Positions 10,740-23,737 of a stretch of DNA of 64,000 bases are shown one piece after another. The translations under genes were made by a program, and so were the position numbers. The stretch covers positions 15,850,784 to 15,914,783 of the forward strand of contig CM121341.1 in assembly GCA_051530055.1 (NCBI GenBank). The letters run 5' to 3'. Position 1 is the first letter of the stretch, and each line of letters starts with the position of its first letter. The notes beneath the pieces are model-generated. The model worked only from the letters and a program-made list of their open reading frames with translations. It was not told the origin of the DNA and did not search any database. This DNA is from Neoechinorhynchus agilis. Lineage: Eukaryota; Animalia; Acanthocephala.

Positions 10740-13229
10740 ATGTTTTCAAAAGTATTAAAATCTTGCGATTCGGATATTTTTGAACAAATGAATTGCGAGA
10801 GGTTCATCGCCGAGGGAGGATTCGGAAAGGTGTACATTGTTAGTTTCAAAAATGATACCAACAAACGAATGTATGCTCTAAAATTGATGAGAATATCACA
10901 GTTGATGGCATGTCCTTTATTTGTCGAAGGTGTAAAGATCCAGCGTATGTTTTGGAGATGTTATTCAATATCCGTCAATCGTTACCATGCGATATGCATT
11001 CCGAACGGATAGATATTTGGCAATAATGACAGGTATGTTAACTTCTACGGTTAGTCCAATTAAAATCCTCATATTCTTCAGATTTTCTCAAATTCCATGA
11101 TTCCGGAAACCGAAATGTATGATACTTCGGAGCTTTCTGAAAAAGGATACATCGATTTGTGTTGCGAAATAGCTTATGCGCTCGAATATGAGGTATAACT
11201 AAATATTTATGAATTGAGCTTATGTTGATTAAAATTCAGAATCGTATAATACATCGGGACATAAAATTATCTAATATATTGATTGACGACAACGGGCATT
11301 TGGTTTTGGTTGATTAGCTCGCATTTTCGAGTCTGATGAGGAGCCGACAGCATAAACCCGAAACTTCATTTCATGAACTACGGTGATGTCTCCAAGATAA
11401 AATCTATACTTGTTTTTCTTCTCTAAAATGAAGTTTCGCGGAATACTCCATTTGCGGAACTGTGGACTATTGGGCCCCTGAGGTTTTCGTGAATCCGCTG
11501 AGTGGTTACTCTTACGCTATTGATTGGTGGGCTCTTGGAATCATTTGTTTTGAATTGTTAACAGACCAGGCATTGTTTGGCCCGACTGGAGTTACCGAGG
11601 AAACGAAGAAAATGAACATAATTGCTGGCAAAATAGACTATCCGGATCATATTTCCCAGAATGCCAGAGACTTTATAAATAAGCTTTTAATTCCTGATCC
11701 TAGTGAACGATTGGGATCCAGAGGAGGTCTTAAAGAACTCAAAGAACATCCGTTTCTTGCTTCGATTGATTGGATGAAGGTCGCAACAAGAACCAATGAT
11801 CCAGTTAAGAAGTTCACGATTCCTTTGAGTTTTGAACCGGAGGTTTTGATCGAAGCAAGCGAAAGCTCATCCTTGCACTTTGATCTAAGTGACAATACAG
11901 AAAATATTGAGATGCTTTTTGAGGTATTTGTTTCTTGTAACGCTTCCTATCTCACAATACCGAATTTTAGAATTTCCACTATGCTCACCCATCAGAGGTG
12001 CAAGAAGCTAACGGCACTTTGTCAACTGCATGTCAAAGGTTCCTGCCAATACCTCCCAGTGTTTATTTTTGCGTACCCAATAAGGGACCGCACTTGAAAT
12101 ACTCCGTGTGGTACAATACATCGAGGAAGGTTCCTACTTTGTGATAAGGGAATGCAAAGAAGGAAGCGACGAATTGGCCACGAGCTGCAAGTTTGTTAAA
12201 ATTGTAAACCGAAATTTGTGGCAGGGTGAGTATACGGAACCGAAGATATGGAAAAGTCTTAAGACAAAGACCAAACACATAATTGATTTGGTGACAAAAT
12301 ACGAAATGAATGAATATTTGTTCATGGTTCACGACTCATGGTTATCCGGTGGTCATTTTTTTGGCGGATTAAATCGACATACTAATTTCACGATGCAGAA
12401 AACGATATTGATAGTTAAGCAGCTAATCTCGATCCTTGCCTGGTTCCATCGAAACGGATATACTCACGGAAACTTTGTTCCGAGGAATATTGTATGGACT
12501 GGAAATCGAGTTGGAAGCATAAAGTTGAAAGATTTTTCTGCTAGTAGATATTTTGGATCAGCGAAAAAAGGATTTGTTTTAAGGGAAGAAACGGAATTTA
12601 GAGAAGCAATGGCAGCGGATCAACGACGCCTTGGAGTTATTATTTTCGTTTTATTTACAGGCCAGGTTCCGGAATGCGTATTTCATACCAATAAGTGCGA
12701 TTGTGACAAGACCGATAAGCTCTGTTCGTGGAAATTCCTGCCAACAAGGTTGATGTTTTCAAATGGATTGAGTTCGTTGAGTTTGGATTACGTATTAAGT
12801 GAATTTCACTGGTTTGGCGAGAACGACTGGGAAAATCATGAAGTTATTGGCACTATCGAGAAAAACGGAATAGTAAGAACAATGGAACGCATGGACCGAG
12901 TTATGGACCACTTGGATCGACTTGCTACTGGAAAGACTCGTTTGAGTGCGTGCAATAGATCATTGATTCGATCAGTGGAAGGTAATTTCAAAACCACTTT
13001 TAGGGACTTTCAGCAATCCTTTAAATGGGACAGTAATGCATTCTTTAAGCCATCATTGTTTGTGGACGATGCCCATTGGCGATGCGTATTGTTGGCTGGA
13101 AATAAGGAACTCAGAAGCCTATTTCGAAGTGTTAGAGTATCAAAACGAAAACTGGATCTGGTGGACAAAGAGAAATCTTCGCAGTTTGGCAAGCGGAAAA
13201 GATTGCTTTTTGTGAAGAATGCATGTTGA
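10740..13229 (+). CDS. RSK/MSK-like dual-domain kinase, copy 2: N-terminal domain with indels as assembled, C-terminal kinase-like domain present
   Basis: Same N-terminal exons as copy 1 but frameshifts at ~10940-11190 and a 7-nt loss across DFG. ORF 12108-13229 has YIEEGSYFVIREC, FVKIV, THGNFVPRN, LKDFS. Confidence 0.75.
11355..11445 (+). other. Duplicate of the TA-flanked hairpin insert in the kinase
   Basis: Same sequence as 4349-4439. Confidence 0.75.
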
Positions 13230-13319
13230 AACTTTTCTGATTCTAAATTTGCTTTAACGAATTCGAGTTTCTGTTAATCTGTAACAATAAAGATGTACAT
13301 TCTCTTTTAAAGGTGCGGA

Positions 13320-15600
13320 GAACTTAAGTCATGCGATTCAGAATTTGGGTTACCTACCCATAATCTCCCGCTACCCCAACAATAATCACACATTACAATC
13401 ACCACCCCACCTCTTCCTCTCCTTAAGCTCTAACGAAATCACACAGATAAAAGATCTCAGCACCAATCACAAACCCTACCTGTTTGGTCCCTATGGACTG
13501 AGAACAAAAGTCGATTTTTATACTCCTGCGGCCATTAAGCTTTTTAATGAAACCTTATCATCTCTGATAAATGGTAATGGTATGGTTTCTATGGGGCATT
13601 TAATAGCATGGTATCGATTGCTGCAAAAAATTACAAATTACTGTTAGGAGTAATCGTGCTGACCAAATGCAGCGAACTACCGTCCAAAGGAGATTCTCTG
13701 GGTTCTCAGTACTGGATGGGGAAATTTTATAAAAAATTATATTGGGAGAGTATAGAAAAAGATAGATTAAATCTATCAATTTCAAGCCTTCTGAAAAAAT
13801 TTCTGGGACATAATTTTAAAGAAAAAGAGAACTGACTGGAAAATGAAAGCAGCCTCTTGGATAGGGGAAATTTCATACACTAATGTAATAGAAAGGATTT
13901 TATTCCACTATATCTTGGGGGCCAAAAAAATGTTCCTTCGGGAATATAAATATAGAACAGGTACTCAAAAGTTGGAAGGGCAACTCCTCTTTGGCCATGA
14001 ATAGAAAAGATGCCTCTCCCAAGGTAATGGATATGCTAGATGAACGAAATAAAGTTTTATTTTGGACCGAAATGGATAAGAATTTGTCCTTTTTTGAACT
14101 AATGAAATTTAACATAGTGAAGAAGGTGATAATTCCAAAAAATAAGAACAGAATAATGTCTCCAACGGAGGTGCGTTTTATCGCAATTCAAAACCCATTT
14201 ATTTCTATTATGGAAAGGTGCTTATCGAAAAGAAAAAAGATCCCAAATATCTTTCATGGTTTTATAAAGGGCAAAAGCGTGAACACTTTATTGACAGAAC
14301 TTCATAGATTGAACAGTACTCACTCAAAGGTGCACAAAGAAGTAGTTCAATTAGATATTAGCAGAGCGTTTGATGCTATAGATAGAGGTTTTATATATGA
14401 AGCATGTCGCAACTTGATGCTTCCGAGAAATTTATTGGAACAAATAAAATTTCTTATGGAATCTAAATCTTATTTTGTGGAGGTGGATCCCAGCTCTGAA
14501 ATTTTTTACACTAAATATGGAGTACCCCAGGGATCTCCCCTATCACCAACTCTGTTTTTGATTGGGATGATAAAAATCATGAAGGATCTCAAAAGGGAGC
14601 TGAAAGGTTTCAATTTTTTGGTATATGCAGACGATATCTTTATTTTTATTCATCATAAAATCAAAGAGCGTGTATGTAGAATGATTGAGTACGGAATTTG
14701 TAAAATTAATGAAGCAATGAAAATGGCGAATCTAGCGACCAACAGAGCAAAGACAAACTTCATCCCAATAACGGACTCAAGCGCTGCGAGACTAAAACTT
14801 CTAAAAACGTTGCGCGAGGACAAAGGACTCGAATTCTGGGGATAAATTTTCCCGCTTCAAACAAATGTACAATTATAAACTCAGCACTTGGATCTATATA
14901 CAAAAAGATAAGGATGGTCTGTAAAAGAATGAAGCATCGCGGGATCGAGAAATGTTTTCCAATTCAAATTTTGAAAACTATGGCTGCATCATCTTTCTGT
15001 TTTTTCGGCAGAGGAAGGCCACCGGATGTGAGACTTCACTTCGCAACCAACTTGATTAAACGGATAACTGCATTCTGCCGATTAGTGAATGAGAAAACAG
15101 CCATGGAAATAAACTCATTCCTCAAACGTATTTTTATACAAAACATATGGAAGTACTCAATGGCCGAGAAAAAAGCACGAATACAAATAGAGCAAAGAAA
15201 TTGTCACGTCTAAAGATTGAAGAAACAAATTGGTTAAAAGAATGGATGAAAGACATGAAATAGAAGGATAGAAAAAGTTTGTTCATAAAAACCTGACACA
15301 TTCCAAATCAATCGACAAAAATGGAGTCCGTATCTGAAAAGGTTTTTAGTTCTTTAATCTCTAACATGTGGCTGGATCTTGAGATCGATCATGAAGCTGA
15401 TGGAGAGAGGGAAGAACAAAAACAACTACCTAAAACATTTGCAACCGAAATTCGGATAAAAATTAGGATATATCGAGAAACATTCTGTACACGCCGTTAT
15501 ATAAAAAACAATCATGTATGCGCGCGAACCCGTCAAGAACATGCATTATCGAACTTACCACAGGTACATAGGTTCAATTCTTGTTAAGTAACAAATAAAC
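13320..15600 (+). mobile_element. 5'-truncated non-LTR retrotransposon with divergent RT, frameshifted
   Basis: ORF 13991-14845: FHGFIKGKS, LDISRAFD, GVPQGSPLSPTLF, YADD; continues after a 1-nt frameshift (~14840) into 14914-15213; AATAAA at ~15594. Confidence 0.85.
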
Positions 15601-15855
15601 GTCTTATTATGAGGTAAATTCCATTGAGACAATACAGGCGAAAAGTTCAATTCTTTAGCTTCAGTACCCAATTTTGTTCATTGAACTCACTGCATTTGTT
15701 AAATCTCATGTGGCTGATGAGATCAATTTTTATCAAATACTTTCCAAATCGAACAAATCCTTTGACTTTCTATACAATTTACAAGATCCGGATTCTTTGA
15801 TGCACCAGTTGCCATTGATTCCCTTATTTTAATTAGTCTCGTTTCAAAGATGGAA

Positions 15856-16795
15856 TGTTGGGCAATAGTTTAGCTGAACAAAGAACTTAATGGGATGAAC
15901 AAGCACATACAATGGACGCACGAACAAGAAAAATCGGGTGCCTTGCCATTCCTAGATGTCAACATTAAGAGGAACTTGGATGGCACTTTCTCAACCTCAG
16001 TCCACATTAAACAAGGTGCCCCACATCAAGTCGTTCCTTGGATCTCTGCTCAACCGCAAAAATACAATATATCAAGGATTCGATCGCTATTTATCAGGGG
16101 ATATCGATACTGCTCAGACGATGGCATCCTCAAGAACGAACTGGATCGGAAAGAGCGAGGAAGGATGCGATACTAATTGAAATAAGGGAATCAATGGCAA
16201 CTGAGGAAAAAGATACATTGAAATCCCATACATAAATGGCGATAGGAATTCAAAGATGGAATCTCTAATCAAACGACTTGACACAAATAAGGAATACAAA
16301 TTATATTGTAAAAAAGGGCGTAAACTAAACAGTCTCTTACGACCCGAAAAAGAGGAAATGATCAATGAATGTGTAAACAAAATCCCATGCCTAGACTGCG
16401 ATCAATCTTATATCGGACAAACAAATAATATCAAGAGACGATTGACCGAACACCGAAGAGCAGTCAGCAAAGGGACAGATACTAACTCGGCAATAGTTTA
16501 TCATATCATAGATAATGGACATAGGATCAATTTTGAAAGGGCTGAAATCCTTGCGAGGAACGGAAACCGTAGGGACAGGACAACAATGGAGGCCATTTTT
16601 ATTCAACAACTAAACACATTCACGCATACCTACGTGTTCCGCCTGATATATTCACGATGGGGCAAAGGATTCAAAGTGACCGTGTGAATGTATTTTAGAT
16701 TCTGAAGAAGGCCAGCGAGCAGGCCGAAAATTCAAATTGATAAATTACAATCTTTCTTCGCCAAGTCCTACAATAAATGTGGAACTTATATTCAA
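15856..16795 (+). mobile_element. Penelope-like element, 5'-truncated, internally deleted (RT thumb + GIY-YIG + 3' end)
   Basis: HIQWTHEQEKSGALPFLDV; CLDCDQSYIGQTNNIKRRLTEH; close match to 32687-33669. Confidence 0.92.
16697..16753 (+). ncRNA. Hammerhead-ribozyme-like motif at Penelope 3' end
   Basis: AGATT-CTGAAGAA-GGCC(AGCGAGCA)GGCC-GAAA-...-AATCT; stems I and II form, but the stem III/cleavage site register is imperfect. Further copies at 33597-33653 (+) and 32012-32067 (-). Confidence 0.55.
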
Positions 16796-17426
16796 GAGTT
16801 CCTTCATTTGTTGGCAAAGATCGGGTTGATTCATTATTTCCTTTCATTGTTTTTGGATGTTCAGTTTATTCGGTCGAATAGCTCTTTCCTCGCTTGTTGA
16901 CCACCATCCAACATACAAATCAAAGAGACTACGGAATCAGCCTGACCTTGGTCAACGAATAAGGGCAGAACAACGTCCCGAGGATCATAGGATGAAGTTC
17001 TAGGTTGTGCGCGCGCTCAATCGACTTGCATTTTCGAGGGAAGTTTAAGAATTTTTAGCAGATAATAGTGATGAGCCATTTAGGAATGATAGGTACAAGC
17101 GGGTGATAACGAATTTCTTGGAGGAACTATTTTCACTCTGAAGGATTATAGTTATGACCACGTGTTGATAGCTTAGATTTACATGCCCTAAGTATTAAAT
17201 CGTTTAGCTTTTAGTGTTTGGAGATTATTTTTTGCGGGTATACTTATGTTGCTAAATAAAATACGATAGCCGGATTCAGTGTTTCTTTGTCCAAAATTAT
17301 TTATTTATTAAAACACCAACTTGCGTGGTTTCTAGGAACTTGAATGGATTACGCTTACTTGTGGACGCATATAGGCGAACCTGTTGAGCTCTGGACTACT
17401 CGGTATTGTGAGTTGTTAAGCGTTTA

Positions 17427-20400
17427 TCATACGTAAATCACGGACGGGTTTGATGGAATGCTTTTGTCATCCGGTATTTGGTAATGTTGTGGACTAGCTA
17501 AAGCGCTTCCGATCAGATCCTGATTGCTCCGTAGCCGTGAATCACTGCATGTGCAATCATCCCAAGAACTAAGTGCCATATCACTACTTCCCAACTGGGC
17601 GACACTATCCGTGAGATCACCGAGTAATGAAGTCCTTTGCGTGATTCCAACGGTTGCTCCACCGACTGCTTTTGATGATCCGCCAATTATATAATATTTA
17701 ATATAGCGATAATCCGAGGATTCGGGCGAAACGATTGAGCTGCGATCCGGTGAAGATTGCGACGGACCAAATGTCGAGTTGTTGATTCTTTGTTGGAAAA
17801 TGAACAAGTTACCACGTTTAATTATGAGGTATATGAGGACGGCGATTACGGAAACCAATAATACTATTGCACCGAGCAAGAGGCTGTGTACTATTGTTAA
17901 ATTTATAGAACTGATCTTTTGTGGCTCAAATGGTGGTTCTTAAAAAATAGTGGTGAATTGTTTGATCAAAAAAGTAAATACGTACTTGATATCACGGCTG
18001 TCGATATGGAATGTACATTATCTAAACGGTGGAAGGAGTTTTGAAAGATTGACAGTCCGTGACGTTCAACGACAGTCAATGCTCAAAAGTTAAGAAACTC
18101 TGATTTTGAAAAGGTGAAGTCGACTCAAATAAATCTATGTGTAACTTTTTAAATCATGTTTACCGATAAATGTTTAAGCAATTGTGATCTCCATGCATAA
18201 TGCTGTTTCGTTTTTTCCTGGGGAAACTACTTGTGTCCCGTATACCATATAATTCACGTCGAATAATGCACAAAAAGGCCTTAAATATAATGGTAAAATG
18301 AAGCTTTGACCAAATAAGATAAGATTTCGTACAGCTTTTCATATATTTCCCTCTTTGAAAATATTAAACTTAACAGAGTAAATTGAGCAATAACACGAGT
18401 GCAATTGGTGACAAAAGCTTTGTTAATGTTCAACGGATACAAACTAATTTAGCTTACCTAAACAAATAGGACAGCAGTTTCCAGGAATGATGGCAGTTTT
18501 AACACATCTGATGGCTGGGCATAGAGTTCTTGTACAGATGATTTGCCCGTCGACACATTTGCAATTGCTGCAATCTCCCACATTCCAACTATCTCCATTT
18601 TGATAGGCTTTTCCATCGAACACACAAACCGACATTTTTGCTCCTTCTAAACCGGGAAGTAGGTGAATATTGTACTTTTGTCAAAGGATTATCAGGAAGT
18701 GCAGACATCTACAACCAGCTTTCACTTCCCCTTCATCGCTCCGCAACTACGCGATCGCACACCCAACATGCACATTCAACATAATGTGGTTTTGTAGATG
18801 GATCGGTTTCAGGGCGAAAAGGTGATGACTAACCTAAACAAAACGGACAGCAGGTTCCTTTCTTGACGACTGGATTCGCACATGTGATTTGTGGACAAAT
18901 TTCAGGGTAACAATAAGAAGTTCCCTTTTTGCAAGTACAACTTTGACAAGTGTCTGGTTTCCACACATCTCCATCAGCATGGATGGAACCCTTGTGGAAA
19001 CATTGCATTGCATCGCCAACCCTGTCATAAATATCAGGTTCATAGGGTTCGATTGCTCGTTCGAGAGTTTCGTTGCATAGAGTACAGCATGAACCAAGTC
19101 GGATTTGGCGACTACTGCATTGAATCGGAGGACAGATCGCAACATCGCAAAATGCTAGACCCATTAGACAAACACAAGATGTACAGTTGTCAATCACAAT
19201 TAATTCTCCATCGGGTAAGAGATCCCCAGATAGTTTTCGGCATAACTCAGTGCTCGTTATTGGAGGTCGCGGAGTGTCTATTTGTGTAGGTAAACGTTTT
19301 TGTTATGAAAAGTGATTTGTGGAACTTACCGTCAGCGCAAATAGGACAACACTGTCCTTCTATCCATATTGGAGTTGCACAAGATAACAACGGGCATGAT
19401 ATCAATACACATCGCTCCAGTCCGTTGGAGCAGTGACATTGACGACATCCATCGAAGTAAATTTCTCCACTTGCATATGTTCGACCTCCAGAATGGCATG
19501 AAGCAAATATCGACAGACCGGTATCTTCTGAAACACATTTGCACACACCCCGTCCTTCTACATCCACTTCGAACCCGTTAGGGCAGTCTAGATTACATCC
19601 TTGCAACCGCTGAGGACTATTTTTACACTCACAAACCAAGCATCCCCTTTCGTCTTCTGCAAACCCAAACGGGCATAATCGGTCACAGTTGGTCAGTAGC
19701 GTACAACTTGGTCTAGGTAGACATTGACAGCTTCTACGTAAAGAGTCGTCCTGAACAGCAAAACCATGTTGGCACAATATAGAGTTGCATCGTAGCCGGT
19801 CACATTTGCAAAGATTACAGCCCTGTTCATCAGTTAGGTACCCGAACTCGCAAGCTCTAGTACACGGGTATTGATCTACTGGACATGTCCGATTAATAAC
19901 CGCTGCTGGAACATCTGTCGCGCCTAAGCAAACCGGGCAACACACGTCCGGAAGCTTGACTGGATTGCTGCATGGCGGCTTTACACAATATTCAGCTATA
20001 CATCTAGCTCGACCGTGCTCACATGAGCACTTAAAACAACCTTCGGCTTCAAGCCATGTTTGATTATGGGTAAAAAATCTATTCTCACTCATGCAACCTC
20101 CACATACTGGACAGCATTCATTTTCAGGAGTAAACATATATCCACATCCTGCCGGAGGAACACATTCTTCGCGAGTGCAATACACAAGACCTTTTTCACA
20201 ACGACAAGTGTTGCATTTATCAGGTGACCATACTTCAGTGTCTTTGTGGCTTGATCCGTCGAAAGTACAAAATCCAGAATCGGCTAAAAATACAAGCTAA
20301 GCATTTAGTGTATTGCAGCAATTTCAAAAATGTGGCGCATATAGCATCTATTCGAACTTTTCTCCCCCATTTTGGAAAACCTTGTCCAACCTTTTCCAAC

Positions 20401-21465
20401 TGATGGTTCACACGAACACACGGAAAATTAAACTCATTTGAAAAAATAAATTCTAGACGCAATCACAAACGTTTCGATTGTTAGGAAGATAATTAAAATC
20501 TAAGTAGTCAAAATTAAATAAAGCTCGCACGTGAGCTTATTACTCGGGGGAAAAACGGGTTTTAGGCAACTCGACGGACTAAGGAGCAAATTAGTCTCGC
20601 TAAACCAGCTGCCGTTCCAAGTATGCTCACGATCAGTACAAAGATAGAAAAATGATCGAACCGCCAATGAAAAAATTCCATTTTGTATCTACGGACGGTT
20701 GTGTGATTGTTGGCGATTAAAATGTTATTTAAGACAGATTTCGACCTTTGTTATATAAAACGGATTCTGTTTACAAATCCAGCTTATGGTTTTTCGCTAA
20801 TGTGCAGATGTGTCCAAGAGAAAGATGCCCTATTTTTCGGTAAATCTTCATGGCATCAGGTGTCTGTGTGCGTACACTAGGATACTGGTCCTATCTTTAT
20901 TATTCAGCAATGTTCTCAGCAATCCGGCATTACTAATGCTGTTAAAGAAAATTCTGAACGTACTTTGCAAGCACTGGAATGTATGGCAGCATGATCCCGG
21001 TCGTTGATTTCCGAATGAGATGATTTGTACGGACTGATTGAGGGGACATCGAGGTTTGAGGCATTCGTTGCATATACAGGCGGTTGAGGTAGATTCGCAG
21101 CAATTATCAGGTTGTGAAGTGTGGACAAGCCTGCTGTCGTTTGGGCATTTACTCTCACCTCCTTCTATCACAGGTGGAGCACAGTTAATACAATCTAAAA
21201 AAAGATGTTAAGCGACTTCCTAAGATAAGTTTGTGCAGATACACTTACCGGAAGATGGGGGTTCGTAATTCTCCGTTGCGAGTTTAGTCGAACGACTTGT
21301 GCAATCCGACCGGCTGATTCCATCAGGAACATCCTCGGCATCCATTCCGCATACACTTATCTCGTAAGTTGCGTATTCATCAGTAAAAGTATAGTGCTCG
21401 AAAGTGAGAAAAAGATTGACAAGTGTAAAAAACAGTATGATATTGACTGGTCTCAGTGTGGTCAT
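17427..21465 (-). CDS. CRIM1: CRIM1-like cysteine-rich transmembrane BMP regulator (VWC and antistasin repeats, TM, cytoplasmic tail); 6 exons
   Basis: Signal peptide at 21465, multiple VWC repeats (CxxCxC..C..CCPxC), antistasin-like CEFGYLTDEQGCNLCKC and CPFGFAEDERGCLVCEC, TM LLGAIVLLVSVIAVLIYLII; five GT-AG introns. Confidence 0.88.
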
Positions 21466-23737
21466 TGGACGAAGTTAATTTTTTCATAGTGCATCAGTAT
21501 ACGCTATCCAGTCTTTCTTGAGTCTCCTATTGTATATACTGAAATAAGAGAAGCGATGAGAAAAGGAGAAACATGAGGTATTTTTGATTGGCAGGTGCTT
21601 TATATGCTGGAGTTGTTGGGAATTGCGAGGGTTATTTTTGTATTTCTATGCCGAGTTTCAGAAACGCTTTTAAACCGGTCACTAACTCTGCTGCTGTGCG
21701 TTTGCCAACGAGCAATGGCAAATATCAATACCTGGGTGCACCAATGTGCACACACTCACATCTATATATATCGAAGAACTGCTGATTTAAAGGCGCCTGC
21801 AACTCATAGAAGAACCAAGTTATACGATTTCATGTGTAATAAACGAGACAGTAAATGAGGATATAGCAATATTTTTCAAAAGAAAGTGTCCTCTAATTGA
21901 GCAGTTTATGATCTGTCTGAGAATGCGCGTGTATAGATAGTCTATTTTCTCCTCTGCCTTTCTATTGCTGAGCAATGAAACCGAGATGCAGCGCCATTTT
22001 GTGCCTTTACGGTCTAAGAAGAGAATGAGTTGAACATTGCGATCATTTTTGGCGGCGCTGGCTGGGGAATACCAGATGCGAGGAACAGATAAAGGAATCC
22101 TGATACATTCAGCATAATGGCACAGCGTGTTCTGAGGGATGACAATATACCACCAGGCTCGATCGCGGTAAAAAAAGAATTGCTTCGAATTGACAACTCT
22201 TATTAGTTGTTAAAGTGTGCCTTTGCAAAACAAATCTCTTATATATCACTATATTTCGAGAAAGGAAGTCTGCAAGGAATCATGTGGAGCGGAATGATGA
22301 GATCGCGCTCTCAGCCATGCAGCATGTGGCACTCATGTGGGCGCTTTAGTTAGTCTATGATAGAAATAAAAAGGTTCCGAGACGTGGAATATGTTGTTTT
22401 AACTGGGATTACCAGCATCACAATGGGAATGACTCCTTGCTGTCAAAGCAAATGGCTTTTTCGAAGATCTGTTACAGTGCGGCCGTAAACGAAAATTCAT
22501 CACAGTTAAAATTAATCAATTATTCGCGTCAAGTTTTGGCTTCATTGGTATTGAACAGGGACAGTCTTGCCTTGAAACCCCGAGAAACTAAAAAGATGGC
22601 ACTCACATAGCTTCATAACTCACAAAATGTGAATGGAAAGTAAACACATTCTCATGAAAAATGGTTCAATCTAGCAAGAAAAACAGGACAAAATCGTCGT
22701 TTCAATAAGTTAATCTTCTAAGAGTAATCACATAGTACGAATTCTACTAGCATTGACCTGCAATGAACTCAGGCGTCGATGCGTTCAATAAAAATTAAGC
22801 TAAAGTTCGCCTTATATTTATACCCAGAATTAATTTGGAAATATAGCTTCTAATTTTAAAGCGATACGCCCATTTTAACCTCGGCATTTATGGTTCAGTT
22901 CCCTCTAATTCGAAATAATGCCGAACATATTATATCATTGGTTTATGACATCCGGGATAGGATTTTAACTAACTCTAAATTTGTGGCACGTTCACTTAGA
23001 AGTGGCATTCTATGCTTCTGAATTTTTACGCTACTGATTTAATCAGCGCTCAAAGAGAACAGTTTCAATACATGATTTTTGCTGCGATTCAATTCGTCGC
23101 AAATTTAATCTTACACACCTTAAATTCATTGGAAATTTCAAACTTCAAACATAAGAATTTTTAGTGAAAAAAGAATATTTAACGCAACCTGAAACTCTTC
23201 GTTCTCGACAACCATTTTAACGCCGAGTAGAATTTCAAAGGTTAATTTATGTTGTACCGTTTTAGAAAGACAAAATACATTGCCTGAATTCCGGACTTAC
23301 AGGTAGTGATATTCTCAAATCGCGACAGTAGCCAATATTTAGTTGCCCGTGGATTAAATATACAGCGATTTGTGCACTACGAAGAAATCTGAACAGACAC
23401 TCAGTTCGGTATGAGTCCGGCAATGTATCGTTTTTGAAAACTAGTCGTGGTCCACCACAGTTGTCGATGTAAATATTGCATAAAATGATCAATTTCTACG
23501 GTTTTTCAGTTCACGGTACATTTTCCGTCACTCAAAACGAACGACAAGTGTAGCTTCTATCTTTTTGCTCTCAAACAGTGGTTATGAGACACAGTAAAAA
23601 CAATAGGACCACGACAACCTGGTACCTCGCAGTTGTTGAAGTTTTGTTTGAATTGAGCAAAAAGTGAATAGTGCTCGTGGTAATATATGTTCTCGGTTAA
23701 ATTTTACCTCAAATCCCGTCAGCTCTTAAGAAGACAA

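Larger units (their letters stand above)
1..12111. repeat. Tandem segmental duplication, period ~7,024 bp (1-5106 matches 7025-12111)
   Basis: ORF track repeats with offset 7024 (653/7677, 1442/8466, 2498/9522), drifting to 7020 and 7006 after small indels. Identity ends at ...ACTCCGTGTGGT (5106 / 12112). Confidence 0.95.

Noticed and set aside
13991-14845. RT as a retron, DGR or group II intron system
   Set aside because: The context is an intron-rich metazoan genome; motifs, frameshifts, an APE-bearing relative at 33.7-35.3 kb and a terminal AATAAA fit a non-LTR retrotransposon.
21588-22200. Short ORFs upstream of CRIM1
   Set aside because: Stops in all frames and no recognisable domain; may be decayed repeat or UTR.
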